From: Myxococcota bacterium
GTDB taxonomy: Bacteria > Myxococcota_A > UBA796 > SXON01
DNA length: 64,000 nt
Assembly: GCA_040386535.1 (NCBI GenBank)
Contig: JAZKFH010000063.1
Span: 1 to 64,000, forward strand
Reading direction: 5' to 3'
The notes under the pieces were generated by a model. The model was not told the DNA's origin and ran no database searches. It saw only the letters and a list, made by a program, of their open reading frames with translations. Below are positions 27,164-36,628 of the stretch, one piece after another (within the stretch, counting starts at the first letter, position 1; each line of letters opens with the position of its first letter). Position numbers and translations under genes: made by a program.

Positions 27164-28210
27164 GTGGGTCATAACGTCGGCATCCTGACCGGCGGGGGCG
27201 ATGCCCCCGGGCTGAACGCGGTCATCCGCGCGGTCATCAAGTACGGGGTGGGCCGCAAGGGCTGGCGGCTGGTCGGCATCGAGGACTCGTTCAACGGGCT
27301 CCTCACCGACCCGTTGCGCGTCACCTCGCTCACGCCCGTGGCGTGCAAGGGCCTCCTCCAGCGCGGCGGCACCATCCTCGGCACCACCAACCGCGGCGAC
27401 CCGTTCCACTATCCGGGCAAGACCGGCCCCGAGGCCGACCGCTCGGGTGAGGTGGCCGCCGCCATGAAGCGCCTCGGGCTCGACGGCCTGATCGTGCTCG
27501 GCGGGGACGGCACCCAGCGCATCGTGATGGACCTCGCGACGCGCCACGGCGTCAAGGCGGTGGGCGTCCCGAAGACCATCGACAACGATCTCGGCGCGAC
27601 CGATCTCACGTTCGGGTTCCAGTCCGCGGTGGACTGCGTGACGGACGCCCTCGATCGGCTCCACACCACCGCCGAGTCGCACGATCGCGTGCTGGTGCTC
27701 GAGGTCATGGGCCGCGACGCGGGCTGGATCGGGCTCCACGGCGGCGTGGCGGGCGGCGCCGACGTGATCCTCATCCCCGAGATCCCGTGGTCGCCCGAGG
27801 GCGTCATCGCCAAGATCGAGGAGCGTCGGGCGCTCAGCCGCAACTTCAGCCTGATCGTCGTGTCCGAGGGCGCCCGGGTGGACGGGCGCGTACTCGGCGC
27901 CGGCCGGGCGGGCACCTACGTGGCCGATGCCATCGAGCGGCTGCTGCCCGGCACCGACACCCGCGTGATCGTGCTCGGGCACCTTCAGCGCGGCGGCGGC
28001 CCCGACGCCTTCGATCGTGTGCTCGCCACGCGCTTCGGCGTGTGCGCGGTCGACCTGGTCGAGGCCGGGCGTTGGGGCGAGCTCGTCACCCTGCGCAACG
28101 GCCACGTCGACGGCGTGCCGCTCGAAGAGGCACGCATCAACCGGAACGTGAGCCCGGACGACGAGATGGTCCGGGCCGCGCGGGCGGTGGGGATCAGCTT
28201 CGGAGACTGA
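27164..28210 (+). CDS. pfkA: 6-phosphofructokinase (probably ATP-dependent)
   Basis: TGGGDAPGLNAV, GGTILGT, GGDG, PKTIDND, EVMGR and LGHLQRGG motifs. Confidence 0.95.
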   Translation: MGHNVGILTGGGDAPGLNAVIRAVIKYGVGRKGWRLVGIEDSFNGLLTDPLRVTSLTPVACKGLLQRGGTILGTTNRGDPFHYPGKTGPEADRSGEVAAAMKRLGLDGLIVLGGDGTQRIVMDLATRHGVKAVGVPKTIDNDLGATDLTFGFQSAVDCVTDALDRLHTTAESHDRVLVLEVMGRDAGWIGLHGGVAGGADVILIPEIPWSPEGVIAKIEERRALSRNFSLIVVSEGARVDGRVLGAGRAGTYVADAIERLLPGTDTRVIVLGHLQRGGGPDAFDRVLATRFGVCAVDLVEAGRWGELVTLRNGHVDGVPLEEARINRNVSPDDEMVRAARAVGISFGD

Positions 28211-28246
28211 GCGCGGGCCGCGCGCCGAGGATGGGGCGCGGCGAGG

Positions 28247-28801
28247 CTACGGGGCCTTGGCGCCGCCGTCCGCCGCGAGCAGGCGCCCGTAGCGCACGAG
28301 CTCGGTCCCGATGAGGGACAGCTCCTCGCCGAGGCCCTCCCGCTGGGCCTGCCCCTGGGCATCGAAGCCCTCGGAGGCGCGCGGCACGCTGACCTGCGCG
28401 GGGAGCACCCACGCGCCGACCCACCGCGACACCTGCCGCAGGTGGTTCAGCGTGTTCATCGCGCCGGCGTCGCCGCGGGCGGTCGCGATGAGGCCGATGA
28501 GCTTGCCGCGGAGGTCTTCCGGGCCGCACAGGTCGAGCGCGTTCTTGAGGACGCCCGTGAAGCTGCCGTGGTACTCGGGCGAGCCGAGGAGCAGGGCGTC
28601 CGCGCTGGCGATCTGCTTGCGGAACGCGTCCACCTCGGGGCCGTACCCGTCGACCGCGCGGCCGTCACACGGGGGCAGGGCCTTGATGTCGACCCAGCCG
28701 ACCTCGGCGCCGCTACGTTCGGCGGCCGCGAGGGCCAGGGCCAGGGCAGTTCGGGTGGAGGAGGCGGGGCGGAGGGAGCCACAGACGGCGAGGACGCGCA
28801 T
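28247..28801 (-). CDS. NADPH-dependent FMN reductase
   Basis: GSLR..S.T and SPEYHGSFTGVLKNALD motifs. Confidence 0.9.
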   Translation of the reverse strand: MRVLAVCGSLRPASSTRTALALALAAAERSGAEVGWVDIKALPPCDGRAVDGYGPEVDAFRKQIASADALLLGSPEYHGSFTGVLKNALDLCGPEDLRGKLIGLIATARGDAGAMNTLNHLRQVSRWVGAWVLPAQVSVPRASEGFDAQGQAQREGLGEELSLIGTELVRYGRLLAADGGAKAP

Positions 28802-28866
28802 GGCGCGCGGGTTATCCGTCGCGTCGTGCCGACGCTACCCCGGAGGTGGCCGCTACGCGAGCCCGG

Positions 28867-29592
28867 CTACGGCGCGAGCGCGTACCCGACGGCGCTGGCG
28901 TGGTCCTGGAGGGCCTCGAGGTAGTCCATCCCCGCCGCGGTGGGGTTGGCCGCGTAGGCCTGCTTGGCGAGCCGCAGGGCCTCATCCAGCTTGCCCTCGC
29001 GCTCCGCGTCGACCGCGAGGTTGTGGAGCTGGCGGGACGTGCCCGGCTCGGGGTCGTTGTAGAGGGTGCGGCGGATGGTCGCCGGGAGGGGCGCGAGCTG
29101 GTCCGCCAGGTCGGTCGCGAGATCCCGCCGCACGGCCTGCTGGAGCGTGAACATGCGCGGCATGTCGAGATCGCCGTCGCTCACCCAGGGGCCGCGGAGA
29201 CGCCGCTCGGCGCCGCCCGCGAGGCGCACGGTGGCGGCGGCGGGGCTGTCCACGATGAGCACCGCGTTCGCCCAGCCGCGCATGTCGAAGCGCCGACGCT
29301 CGTGCGACACCGTGGCGTTGTAGTCGATGCCGGGGAACGAGGATTCGAGCTCGAGGAGGGTCTCGACCTCCTGGTCACACTCCTGCACGAGCAGGCGCAC
29401 GGGTGCGTCCGGATGCACGACCACTCCCGGGCGGGCCGAGAGGGTCTTCGCAAGGTCGTCCGCGACGCGCTTGCAACCACGCTCCCCGGTCACCACGCTG
29501 ACCTCCAGCGACGGCAACTCGTACGACGGGCGCGGCTGCACGTCCCAGGTGACGTGTTTCGCACAGCCGAGCATCAAGAAGAGCAGGCCCAT
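28867..29592 (-). CDS. Hypothetical lipoprotein with C-terminal TPR
   Basis: MGLLFLMLG-C; terminal HNLAV..E..GKLDEAL..A..A TPR. Confidence 0.65.
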   Translation of the reverse strand: MGLLFLMLGCAKHVTWDVQPRPSYELPSLEVSVVTGERGCKRVADDLAKTLSARPGVVVHPDAPVRLLVQECDQEVETLLELESSFPGIDYNATVSHERRRFDMRGWANAVLIVDSPAAATVRLAGGAERRLRGPWVSDGDLDMPRMFTLQQAVRRDLATDLADQLAPLPATIRRTLYNDPEPGTSRQLHNLAVDAEREGKLDEALRLAKQAYAANPTAAGMDYLEALQDHASAVGYALAP

Positions 29593-29657
29593 GCACACAG
29601 CATGTTGCACTACGAGCCCGACGGCAAGCCTTTCTCGGGGCTTTCCCGTGAGGTCCG

Positions 29658-30983
29658 TTACGGGCGATTACCGCCGTGTCCTCCGCCGTGTCCTCCGAAC
29701 ACCCGCTCGAGCACTGTGTCGACATGACGCACGTACCAGTGAGGATCACACGCCGCGCGGATCGTAGCCTCGCCGAGCGGCCCTGCGATCTCCGGATCGG
29801 CGAGCATCAGATCGAGCAGCGGCGTGCCCTCGGCCCACGTCCGCATCGCGTTTCGCTGGACGCGCCCGTACGCCTCCTCGCGCGAGAGCCCGGTCTCCAC
29901 GAGCGCGAGCATCACGCGCTGGCTGTAGAAGAGGCCCCCCGTCTTGTCGAGGTTGCGCTGCATGTTCTCGGGGTAGACCACCAGCCCGTCGATGAGGCCG
30001 CGCAGGCGGTAGAGCATGAAGTGCAGGGTCACCGTCGCGTCCGGCGCGATCACCCGCTCGACGCTGGAGTGGGAGATGTCGCGCTCGTGCCACAGCGGCA
30101 CGTCCTCCGTGGCGGCCTGGGCCCAGCCGCGCATCAGCCGGGCGAGCCCGGTGAGGTTCTCGGAGAGGATCGGGTTGCGCTTGTGGGGCATCGCGCTCGA
30201 GCCCTTCTGCCCGGCGGTGAACGGCTCCTCGGCCTCGAGCACCTCGGTGCGCTGGAGGTGGCGGATCTCGACGGCGATCTTCTCGATGGACGTCGCGATG
30301 AGCGCGAGCACGGTGAAGAAGTATGCGTGCCGGTCGCGCTGCACGATCTGGTTCGACGCGGGGGCCGGCGTGAGGCCGAGCTTCTCGCACACGTAGGCCT
30401 CGACCGACGGGTCGAGGTGCGCGAACGTGCCGACGGCGCCGCTCACCTTGCCTACCGAGATGTCGACGATGGCGTGATCGAGCCGATCGCGGCCGCGCCG
30501 GAGCTCGTCCCACAGGATGGCGAGCTTCCAGCCGAAGGTGGTCGGCTCCGCGTGGATGCCGTGCGAGCGCCCGATGCAGAGGGTGTGCGCGTGTTCGCGC
30601 GCGCGGCGCTCGAGCACCACGAGCACGTCACTCAGCGCGTCGCGGATGAGCAGCCCCGCCTCGCGCAGCTGGGCGCCGAGGGCGGTGTCGAGCACGTCGC
30701 TCGAGGTCATGCCCTTGTGCAGGTGCCGCGCGGGCTCGCCCACGTACTCGGCCACGTTGGTGAGGAACGCGATCACGTCGTGCTTGAGCGTCTTCTCGAG
30801 CTCGTCGATGCGCGCGATGTCGAAGGAGGCCTTCTCGCGGCACACCTTGGCCGTGCCGGCGGGCACCTCGCCGCGGGCCTCCATCGCCTCGCACGCGAGG
30901 AGCTCGACCTCGAGCATGACCTGGAGGCGGCGCTCGGGGGTCCAGACGGCGACCATCTCGGGGCGGCTGTAGCGGGCGATCAT
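29658..30983 (-). CDS. purB: Adenylosuccinate lyase
   Basis: MIARYSRPEM start; HDV.AF, GRSHG.HAEPTT and signature GSSAMPHKRNP. Confidence 0.96.
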   Translation of the reverse strand: MIARYSRPEMVAVWTPERRLQVMLEVELLACEAMEARGEVPAGTAKVCREKASFDIARIDELEKTLKHDVIAFLTNVAEYVGEPARHLHKGMTSSDVLDTALGAQLREAGLLIRDALSDVLVVLERRAREHAHTLCIGRSHGIHAEPTTFGWKLAILWDELRRGRDRLDHAIVDISVGKVSGAVGTFAHLDPSVEAYVCEKLGLTPAPASNQIVQRDRHAYFFTVLALIATSIEKIAVEIRHLQRTEVLEAEEPFTAGQKGSSAMPHKRNPILSENLTGLARLMRGWAQAATEDVPLWHERDISHSSVERVIAPDATVTLHFMLYRLRGLIDGLVVYPENMQRNLDKTGGLFYSQRVMLALVETGLSREEAYGRVQRNAMRTWAEGTPLLDLMLADPEIAGPLGEATIRAACDPHWYVRHVDTVLERVFGGHGGGHGGNRP

Positions 30984-31082
30984 GATGGCTCCTGGCGCCG
31001 GCTGGGCGCGTCGGGCGGGACGGAGGGACGGGCGGGGCGGGCTTCTATCCGGAACGACGCCCGCCGGTGATACGCCTCGGGG

Positions 31083-32300
31083 ATGTCCACCGCCCCCCGC
31101 CTCGGCGATCGCTCCCTCTTCCCGGACCTCGTCTCCCGCAGCTACCTCGCGCATTGCGCCATCTCGCCGGTGTCGCAGCCGGTCCGCGAGGCCGTGGGCG
31201 CCTACGTCGACAGCTACGCGCGGCTCGGCGTCGGGGCCCTCGGGCGGTGGCTCGAGCGGCGCGCCGTGCTCCGGGGCGCCCTCGCGCGGCTGATCGGCGC
31301 CGGCTCGGACGACATCGCGCTCGTGTCCAACACCACGACCGGGGTGATCGACATCGCGTTCGCGATCGCGTGGGCGCCGGGCGATCGGGTGGTGCTCTTC
31401 GACGGCGAGTTCCCGGCCAACGTGACGCCGTGGCAGCAGGCCGCCGCCACGTTCGGGCTCCAGATCGTCCAGTTGCCGTTGACGGGGTTCGGGCTCCCGA
31501 GCGACGCGCCAGAGAGCGACGGCGCCGGTGAGGGCGGCGGGCTCGCGCGGCTCGAGGCCACCCTGCGCGAGGGGGCGCGCCTCGTGGCGGTGAGCGCGGT
31601 GCAGTTCCAGACGGGCCTCGCCATGCCCATCCCCGCCATCGCCGCCTTGTGCCGCCGGTACGGCGCCGAGCTGTTCGTCGATGCCATCCAGGGCGTCGGC
31701 GTGGTGCCCATCGACGTGGCGTGCGGGGTCGACTACCTCACGTGCGGCAGCCACAAGTGGCTCCTCGGGATCGAGGGCAGCGCGTTCTTGTACGTGGCGC
31801 CCCACCGCGTCGGCGCGCTCGTCCCGCGGCTCGGCGGGTGGCTCTCTCACGAGGACCCGATCGGTTTTCTGATGGGCGCGAGCCCGCTGCGCTACGACCG
31901 TGCGCTCCGCGCCCGCGCCGATGTGTTCGAGGGCGGCGCGGCGAACGGCGCCGGCCTCGCGGCGCTCGACGCCGCCGTCCACCTGCTCGCGCACCTCGGC
32001 GTCCCGGCCGTGCACGACCACGTGCAGCGGTGGCACGACGCGATCGAGCCGGGGCTGATCGACCGCGGCTTCACCTCGCTGCGCAGCCCCCATGCCGCCG
32101 GCCGCTCGGGGATCCTCGCGGTGCGCGCCCCCGCGGGTATCGACGTCCAGGCCCTCGTCGCGGCGCTCCTCCCCCGCGGCGTGGTCGTGAGCGCCCCGGA
32201 GAACAACCTCCGCATCGCCCCGAGCTGGCCCAACGCCCTGGAGGAGGTGCCCGTGGTGCTCGCCGCGATCGACGACGCGCTCGGTCACGCGCTCGGCTGA
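31083..32300 (+). CDS. Class V PLP-dependent aminotransferase/lyase
   Basis: NTT.G, EFPAN, VDAIQG.G and SHKWLLG (PLP lysine). Confidence 0.88.
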   Translation: MSTAPRLGDRSLFPDLVSRSYLAHCAISPVSQPVREAVGAYVDSYARLGVGALGRWLERRAVLRGALARLIGAGSDDIALVSNTTTGVIDIAFAIAWAPGDRVVLFDGEFPANVTPWQQAAATFGLQIVQLPLTGFGLPSDAPESDGAGEGGGLARLEATLREGARLVAVSAVQFQTGLAMPIPAIAALCRRYGAELFVDAIQGVGVVPIDVACGVDYLTCGSHKWLLGIEGSAFLYVAPHRVGALVPRLGGWLSHEDPIGFLMGASPLRYDRALRARADVFEGGAANGAGLAALDAAVHLLAHLGVPAVHDHVQRWHDAIEPGLIDRGFTSLRSPHAAGRSGILAVRAPAGIDVQALVAALLPRGVVVSAPENNLRIAPSWPNALEEVPVVLAAIDDALGHALG

Positions 32301-32330
32301 CGTACACTCCGCCGGTCCCTCCGGAGCTCC

Positions 32331-32828
32331 GTGTCCGACGCCCCGCCGCCCGCTTCCCGCAACCGCACGCTGCTCCTGGTCGCCATCGGCGTCGGCGGGC
32401 TGCTCGTCTGTCTCGGTAGCATCCCCGTGATCGGGATCGTGGCCGCCGTCGCGATCCCCAACTTCATCGCGTACCAGATGAAGGCCGAGCGCGCCGAGGT
32501 GCCCGCGAACGTAGCCGGCATCGCGACCGCGCAGCTCGCCTATGACGCGGCCTTCGACACCTTCATCCCGGTGTCGAGCCGAGAAGAGGCCGAGGCCGAG
32601 GTCCGGGGCGGCGGCCGCGAGCCGCGGGCGTGGCAGGGCGGAGGGGCGTGGGGCACCCTCGGCTGGCAACCGGCGGGCCCGGTGCGGGGCGCGTACTGGG
32701 TCGAGGTGGTCGAGGGAGAGCTCGGGGTGTTCGGCATCTCCGACATCGACAACGACGGCGACTTCGCGGAGTACAGGTGGTCGACCGAGGGGGGCACCCG
32801 GCAGGTCACCCCCAACTACGTGTACTGA
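32331..32828 (+). CDS. Type IV pilin-like protein without a prepilin cleavage site
   Basis: IGIVAAVAIPNF..YQ.KA..AE…N…I.TAQ.AY pilin helix and DIDNDG; no GFTLIE motif. Confidence 0.7.
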   Translation: MSDAPPPASRNRTLLLVAIGVGGLLVCLGSIPVIGIVAAVAIPNFIAYQMKAERAEVPANVAGIATAQLAYDAAFDTFIPVSSREEAEAEVRGGGREPRAWQGGGAWGTLGWQPAGPVRGAYWVEVVEGELGVFGISDIDNDGDFAEYRWSTEGGTRQVTPNYVY

Positions 32829-33829
32829 TGATCCTCCTCTGGATCCTGGCGTGTAGTGGGCCCGACGGCGCGCCCGACACCGCTCCCGACGACGTTCCGG
32901 TCAGCTGCGACCTCGCGGGCCCGATGGACGACGTGCTGACGATCGCGGACGTGCAGGCCCTCGGCACCCACAACAGCTACCACATCGAGCCCGACACGGT
33001 CCTCGACGCGTCCCACGCCTACACGCAGCCGACGCTCGACGCGCAGGCCGACGTGGGCGTGCGCGCGTTCGAGCTGGACGTGCACCTCGGGGAGGACGGC
33101 GTCTTCCAGGTCTTCCACCTGCCGGTCATCGACGCGGAGACCACCTGCTCCACCCTCGGGGAGTGCCTCGGCGTGCTGCTCGCGTGGTCGGACGCGCACC
33201 CGTGCCACAGCCCGTTCACCGTCTGGATCGAGCCCAAGGACGACATCGACGCGGCCGTCGAAGGGCTCGTTCCCCTCGCGGGGCACCTCGTCGAGCTGGA
33301 CGCCGCCATCTCGGCGGTGTGGCCGCGGGAGCGGCTCCTGACGCCCGACGACGTGCGCGGCGGGCGCGCCACGGTCCCCGAAGGGGTGGCCGCAGGCTGG
33401 CCGAGCCTCGCCGACACGCGCGGGGGGCTGATCGTGGCCCTGCTCGACGACAGTGAACACCGCGCCGAGTACCTCGACGGCGCCCCGGCCCTCGAGGGGC
33501 GGGTCCTCTTCGTCAACAGCGACAGCGCCGCCGATCCGTTCGCCGCCACCTTCAAGATCGACAACGCGCCCGCGAACGCGGACCAGGTCGGCGCGCTGGT
33601 GGCCGGCAACTTCCTCGTCACCTCCAACGTGGACGGCGGCAGCGAGGCCGATGCCACGAACGAGGCGAGCCTCGCCGCCGCGTTGGAGGCCGGTCCCCAG
33701 AACCTCGCGTCGGACCAGGTGGTGCCCGTGGAGGGGTCGGCCTACGTCGCCGCGCTCCCGGACGGCTCGCCGCGTTGCCACCCCGCCCGGGTGGCCGGTG
33801 GGTGCGGGCCCGACATCATCGAGCCATGA
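32828..33829 (+). CDS. Ca2+-dependent phosphoinositide phospholipase C-like lipoprotein
   Basis: MILLWILA-C; GTHNSYH, GVRAFELDVH, WSDAHP.H.P and IEPKD motifs. Confidence 0.85.
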   Translation: MILLWILACSGPDGAPDTAPDDVPVSCDLAGPMDDVLTIADVQALGTHNSYHIEPDTVLDASHAYTQPTLDAQADVGVRAFELDVHLGEDGVFQVFHLPVIDAETTCSTLGECLGVLLAWSDAHPCHSPFTVWIEPKDDIDAAVEGLVPLAGHLVELDAAISAVWPRERLLTPDDVRGGRATVPEGVAAGWPSLADTRGGLIVALLDDSEHRAEYLDGAPALEGRVLFVNSDSAADPFAATFKIDNAPANADQVGALVAGNFLVTSNVDGGSEADATNEASLAAALEAGPQNLASDQVVPVEGSAYVAALPDGSPRCHPARVAGGCGPDIIEP

Positions 33830-33891
33830 CGCGCCGGAATTGAGGCCGGCGAGCGCGGCGTGACGATCGTGCAACGGGTACGCTGCCGTGG

Positions 33892-34914
33892 ATGATCCTG
33901 CTCCTCGCCCTGTGCGCCTGCAGCGCCCCCTTCGCCGACGACACCAACACGTCCGCCGACGACTCGGCCGCGGGGGACGACTCCGGCGAGACGACCGACA
34001 CGGAGGACACGGACACCTCGGACACGTCCGAGACCGGCGACACGTCCGAGACCGGAGAGACCGGCGAGCTGCCCGACACCGGTCCGGTGGTGCCGGCGCC
34101 GTGTGACACGTGGGCGGAGCCGCGCGACGTCGGCCTGCTCGCGGACGACGTGTACCAGGAGGTGTCCGGTGTGGCCCCGTCCGTGATCAATCCCGGCGTG
34201 TTGTGGATCCTCGAGGATCACGGGAACGACCCCGCGTTCTACGCAATCGATCTGACCGGTTCCACGCTCGGCACCCTCGCGCTCGAGGGCGCGGAGAACG
34301 AGGACTGGGAGGCCATCGCGCTCGGGCCGTGCCCGACCGGGACGTGCTTGTGGGCGGCGGACGTGGGCGACAACGGGCTGGAGCGCACCGAGGTCACCCT
34401 GTACCGGGTGCCCGAGCCGGACGTTGGATGGGGCGGCGGGCTCGACGAGTCTGTCGTGCCGGAGCGGTTCCCGCTGGTCTACACGGACGGCCCGGTCAAC
34501 GTCGAGGCGTTCCTCGTGACCCCCGAGGGGCTGCCGGTGCTGCTCTCGAAGCGTGGAGACGGCCTCTCAGAGGTCTACGTGGTGGACACCGTCGTCCCCG
34601 AGTTGGTCGTCGCGCCACGCTTCATCGGCACGTTCCAGACGCGGGACGCCGAGGCCGAGGCCGGGGGGTTCGTGACCTCGGCCGATCTCTGGCCCGACGG
34701 GTCGCGCCTGCTCGTCCGCACGTACGAGGCCGCGTGGGAGCTCGATCTGGGGACCGGCGGGATCGAGGGCATCGCCGCCGCGCCCCGGACGATGCTGCCC
34801 TTCAGCGACGAACGGCAGGTCGAGGCCGTCGCGTATGACGCGGTGCTCGGCGGCTATTGGCAGATCCCGGAGGGTGTCGGCGCCCCCCTCTCGTTCGTGG
34901 CGTGCGTGGACTGA
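33892..34914 (+). CDS. Beta-propeller lipoprotein (esterase/phytase-like)
   Basis: LCA-C lipobox; D/T/E-rich linker; E.SG…W..ED, DWEAI, D.GDN, EA and RTY motifs. Confidence 0.7.
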   Translation: MILLLALCACSAPFADDTNTSADDSAAGDDSGETTDTEDTDTSDTSETGDTSETGETGELPDTGPVVPAPCDTWAEPRDVGLLADDVYQEVSGVAPSVINPGVLWILEDHGNDPAFYAIDLTGSTLGTLALEGAENEDWEAIALGPCPTGTCLWAADVGDNGLERTEVTLYRVPEPDVGWGGGLDESVVPERFPLVYTDGPVNVEAFLVTPEGLPVLLSKRGDGLSEVYVVDTVVPELVVAPRFIGTFQTRDAEAEAGGFVTSADLWPDGSRLLVRTYEAAWELDLGTGGIEGIAAAPRTMLPFSDERQVEAVAYDAVLGGYWQIPEGVGAPLSFVACVD

Positions 34915-34973
34915 CACCGGCTGGCTCGGACAGACACGGGGCCCGCCGGGTTAGCCGCCCGTACGAGGTGGTT

Positions 34974-35348
34974 GTGAACGATCGGGTGCACGGAACGGGC
35001 TTCTCCTACGATTGCCGCATCGGTTTCCACGAGTACGAACGGCACATCCGCCAGCGCGTCGTCATCGACTTCGAGGCCGAGACGGATTGGCGGGCCTCGG
35101 CCCGCGCGGACCGCGCCGGAAAGGAGCTGGTCGACTACTACGAGGCAAACCTCGCGATCGGGAAGCTGGTGGCGGAGAAGGAGTACCGGCTGATCGAGGC
35201 GCTCGCGGAGGACGTGGCGCGGGTGCTGGTCGCCTCGTTCCCCATCCGCCGCGTCCGGGTCAAGGTCACCAAGGCGCCGTTCGACATGCCGAACGTCGGC
35301 AACGTGGCCGTGGAGTGCTGGCGCACCGCGGAGGACTTCGCGGAATGA
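34974..35348 (+). CDS. folB: Dihydroneopterin aldolase
   Basis: IG…ER..Q….D, VDY, LIEALAE.VA and VKVTK motifs. Confidence 0.85.
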   Translation: MNDRVHGTGFSYDCRIGFHEYERHIRQRVVIDFEAETDWRASARADRAGKELVDYYEANLAIGKLVAEKEYRLIEALAEDVARVLVASFPIRRVRVKVTKAPFDMPNVGNVAVECWRTAEDFAE

Positions 35349-36007
35349 AGGTCATCACCAACACCGCCATCACGGTGGACGGCAAGATCGCCAGCGCACG
35401 CTACGATCACGTCGCCATCGGCACCCCGGTGGACCGTCAGTACATGAGTGTGCTGCGGGCCCGGGCGGACGCGGTGTTGGTGGGGGGGCGCACCTTCCGG
35501 AATTGGCCGCTGCCGCTGGTGCCGGACGAGGCCGCCCTGGCGGCCCTCGCGGCGAGCGGATTTCCCGACGCTTCGGCGCCCCCGATCACGGGGCGTCGGT
35601 GGTGGAACGTGGTGCTCACGCGCACGCTCGACGTGCCGAAGACAGGCCGCTTCTATCGGGACCCCCGGGTGCGCCCGCTGTTCTACTCGGCCACCGCGGG
35701 GGAGGTCCCGAGCGGCGAGGTCGTGGTGGGTGAGGTCAGCATCCCGGGCGTGATCGCGGATCTGGCCGCCCGCGGCGTCGAGACCCTGCTCGTCGAGGCC
35801 GGCGGCGATCTGATCGCCCAGCTCCTCCACGCGGGCGTGGTCGACGAGCTGTACCTGACCATCTGCCCGCTCGTGCTCGGCGGCCGGTCGGCCCCCACCG
35901 TGGTGGACGGCGACGGCTTCCCCTTCGACGGGGCGCCGCGCCTGTCCCTCGCGCACGCGCACCGCGTGGGCGACGAGCTCTACTGCCGCTACATCGTCAC
36001 GCGCTGA
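35345..36007 (+). CDS. RibD C-terminal/DHFR-family reductase
   Basis: A.TVDGKI, RARADAVLVG..T, LVEAGG and VDELYLTI.P..LGG motifs; ATGA overlap with folB. Confidence 0.85.
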   Translation: MKVITNTAITVDGKIASARYDHVAIGTPVDRQYMSVLRARADAVLVGGRTFRNWPLPLVPDEAALAALAASGFPDASAPPITGRRWWNVVLTRTLDVPKTGRFYRDPRVRPLFYSATAGEVPSGEVVVGEVSIPGVIADLAARGVETLLVEAGGDLIAQLLHAGVVDELYLTICPLVLGGRSAPTVVDGDGFPFDGAPRLSLAHAHRVGDELYCRYIVTR

Positions 36008-36029
36008 CGGTAGGCGGCGGGTCGCGCGG

Positions 36030-36512
36030 TCAGGTCCGGCGCACGTCGGCGAGCGCCTTGCCCGTCGGGTCGAAGAGCACGAAGCTACGCCGGTCGCCGC
36101 GGGCCAGCAGCACCTCGTGGAACACGCCCTCCTCGGTCGCGATCTCGGTGGCGCGCCAGAGCGTGTGGCGGGGGTGGGAGCGATCGAGCGTGGCGCGCAG
36201 CCCCTCGGGGAGGGCGCGCACCGCCAACGGCGAGTGCTGCTCGACGACGTTGCCGTCGGCATCGAGGACCAGATCGTGCCGGCGATGGCCGTCGAGCAGG
36301 GAGGCCTCCCAACCGCTCCCGACCCGCTCCACCGCGGCGACCGTGGCGGCCGGAAAACGGGCCTTGAGGCTCTCCGCGATGGGGGAGGGGATCTCGGCCG
36401 TCGGCGCGCGCCGCGCGGCCCCGCTCGACATCGAATCCTCGGGGCCCGCCCAGGCGCCGCCCGAGGCCATCACACCCACCATCACCGCCGCCGCACGAAG
36501 CTGCTTCCGCAT
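36030..36512 (-). CDS. PepSY-like secreted protein
   Basis: Signal peptide and two repeats (IP..I…L..RFP.A; LP…RA.L….P) ending in DADG/DPTG. Confidence 0.65.
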   Translation of the reverse strand: MRKQLRAAAVMVGVMASGGAWAGPEDSMSSGAARRAPTAEIPSPIAESLKARFPAATVAAVERVGSGWEASLLDGHRRHDLVLDADGNVVEQHSPLAVRALPEGLRATLDRSHPRHTLWRATEIATEEGVFHEVLLARGDRRSFVLFDPTGKALADVRRT

Positions 36513-36628
36513 GGACACCTCACTGCCGCGTCAGGGGTGACGCGCGCCGCAACAGGTTGTGCACGCAGGCAGGCAACGGCTGTCGCGTTCCGTCACGTCG
36601 CGACCGGTCGCTGTTCGGACGGCCGATG

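Noticed and set aside
27122..27172. Head-to-head overlap of the pfkA and GH1-like start codons
   Set aside because: A GTG at 27121 with a GGAGG RBS gives a non-overlapping start for the GH1-like gene.
29658..32669. 1003-aa PurB fusion
   Set aside because: PurB starts at 30983; the extension is antisense to the PLP enzyme and pilin-like genes.
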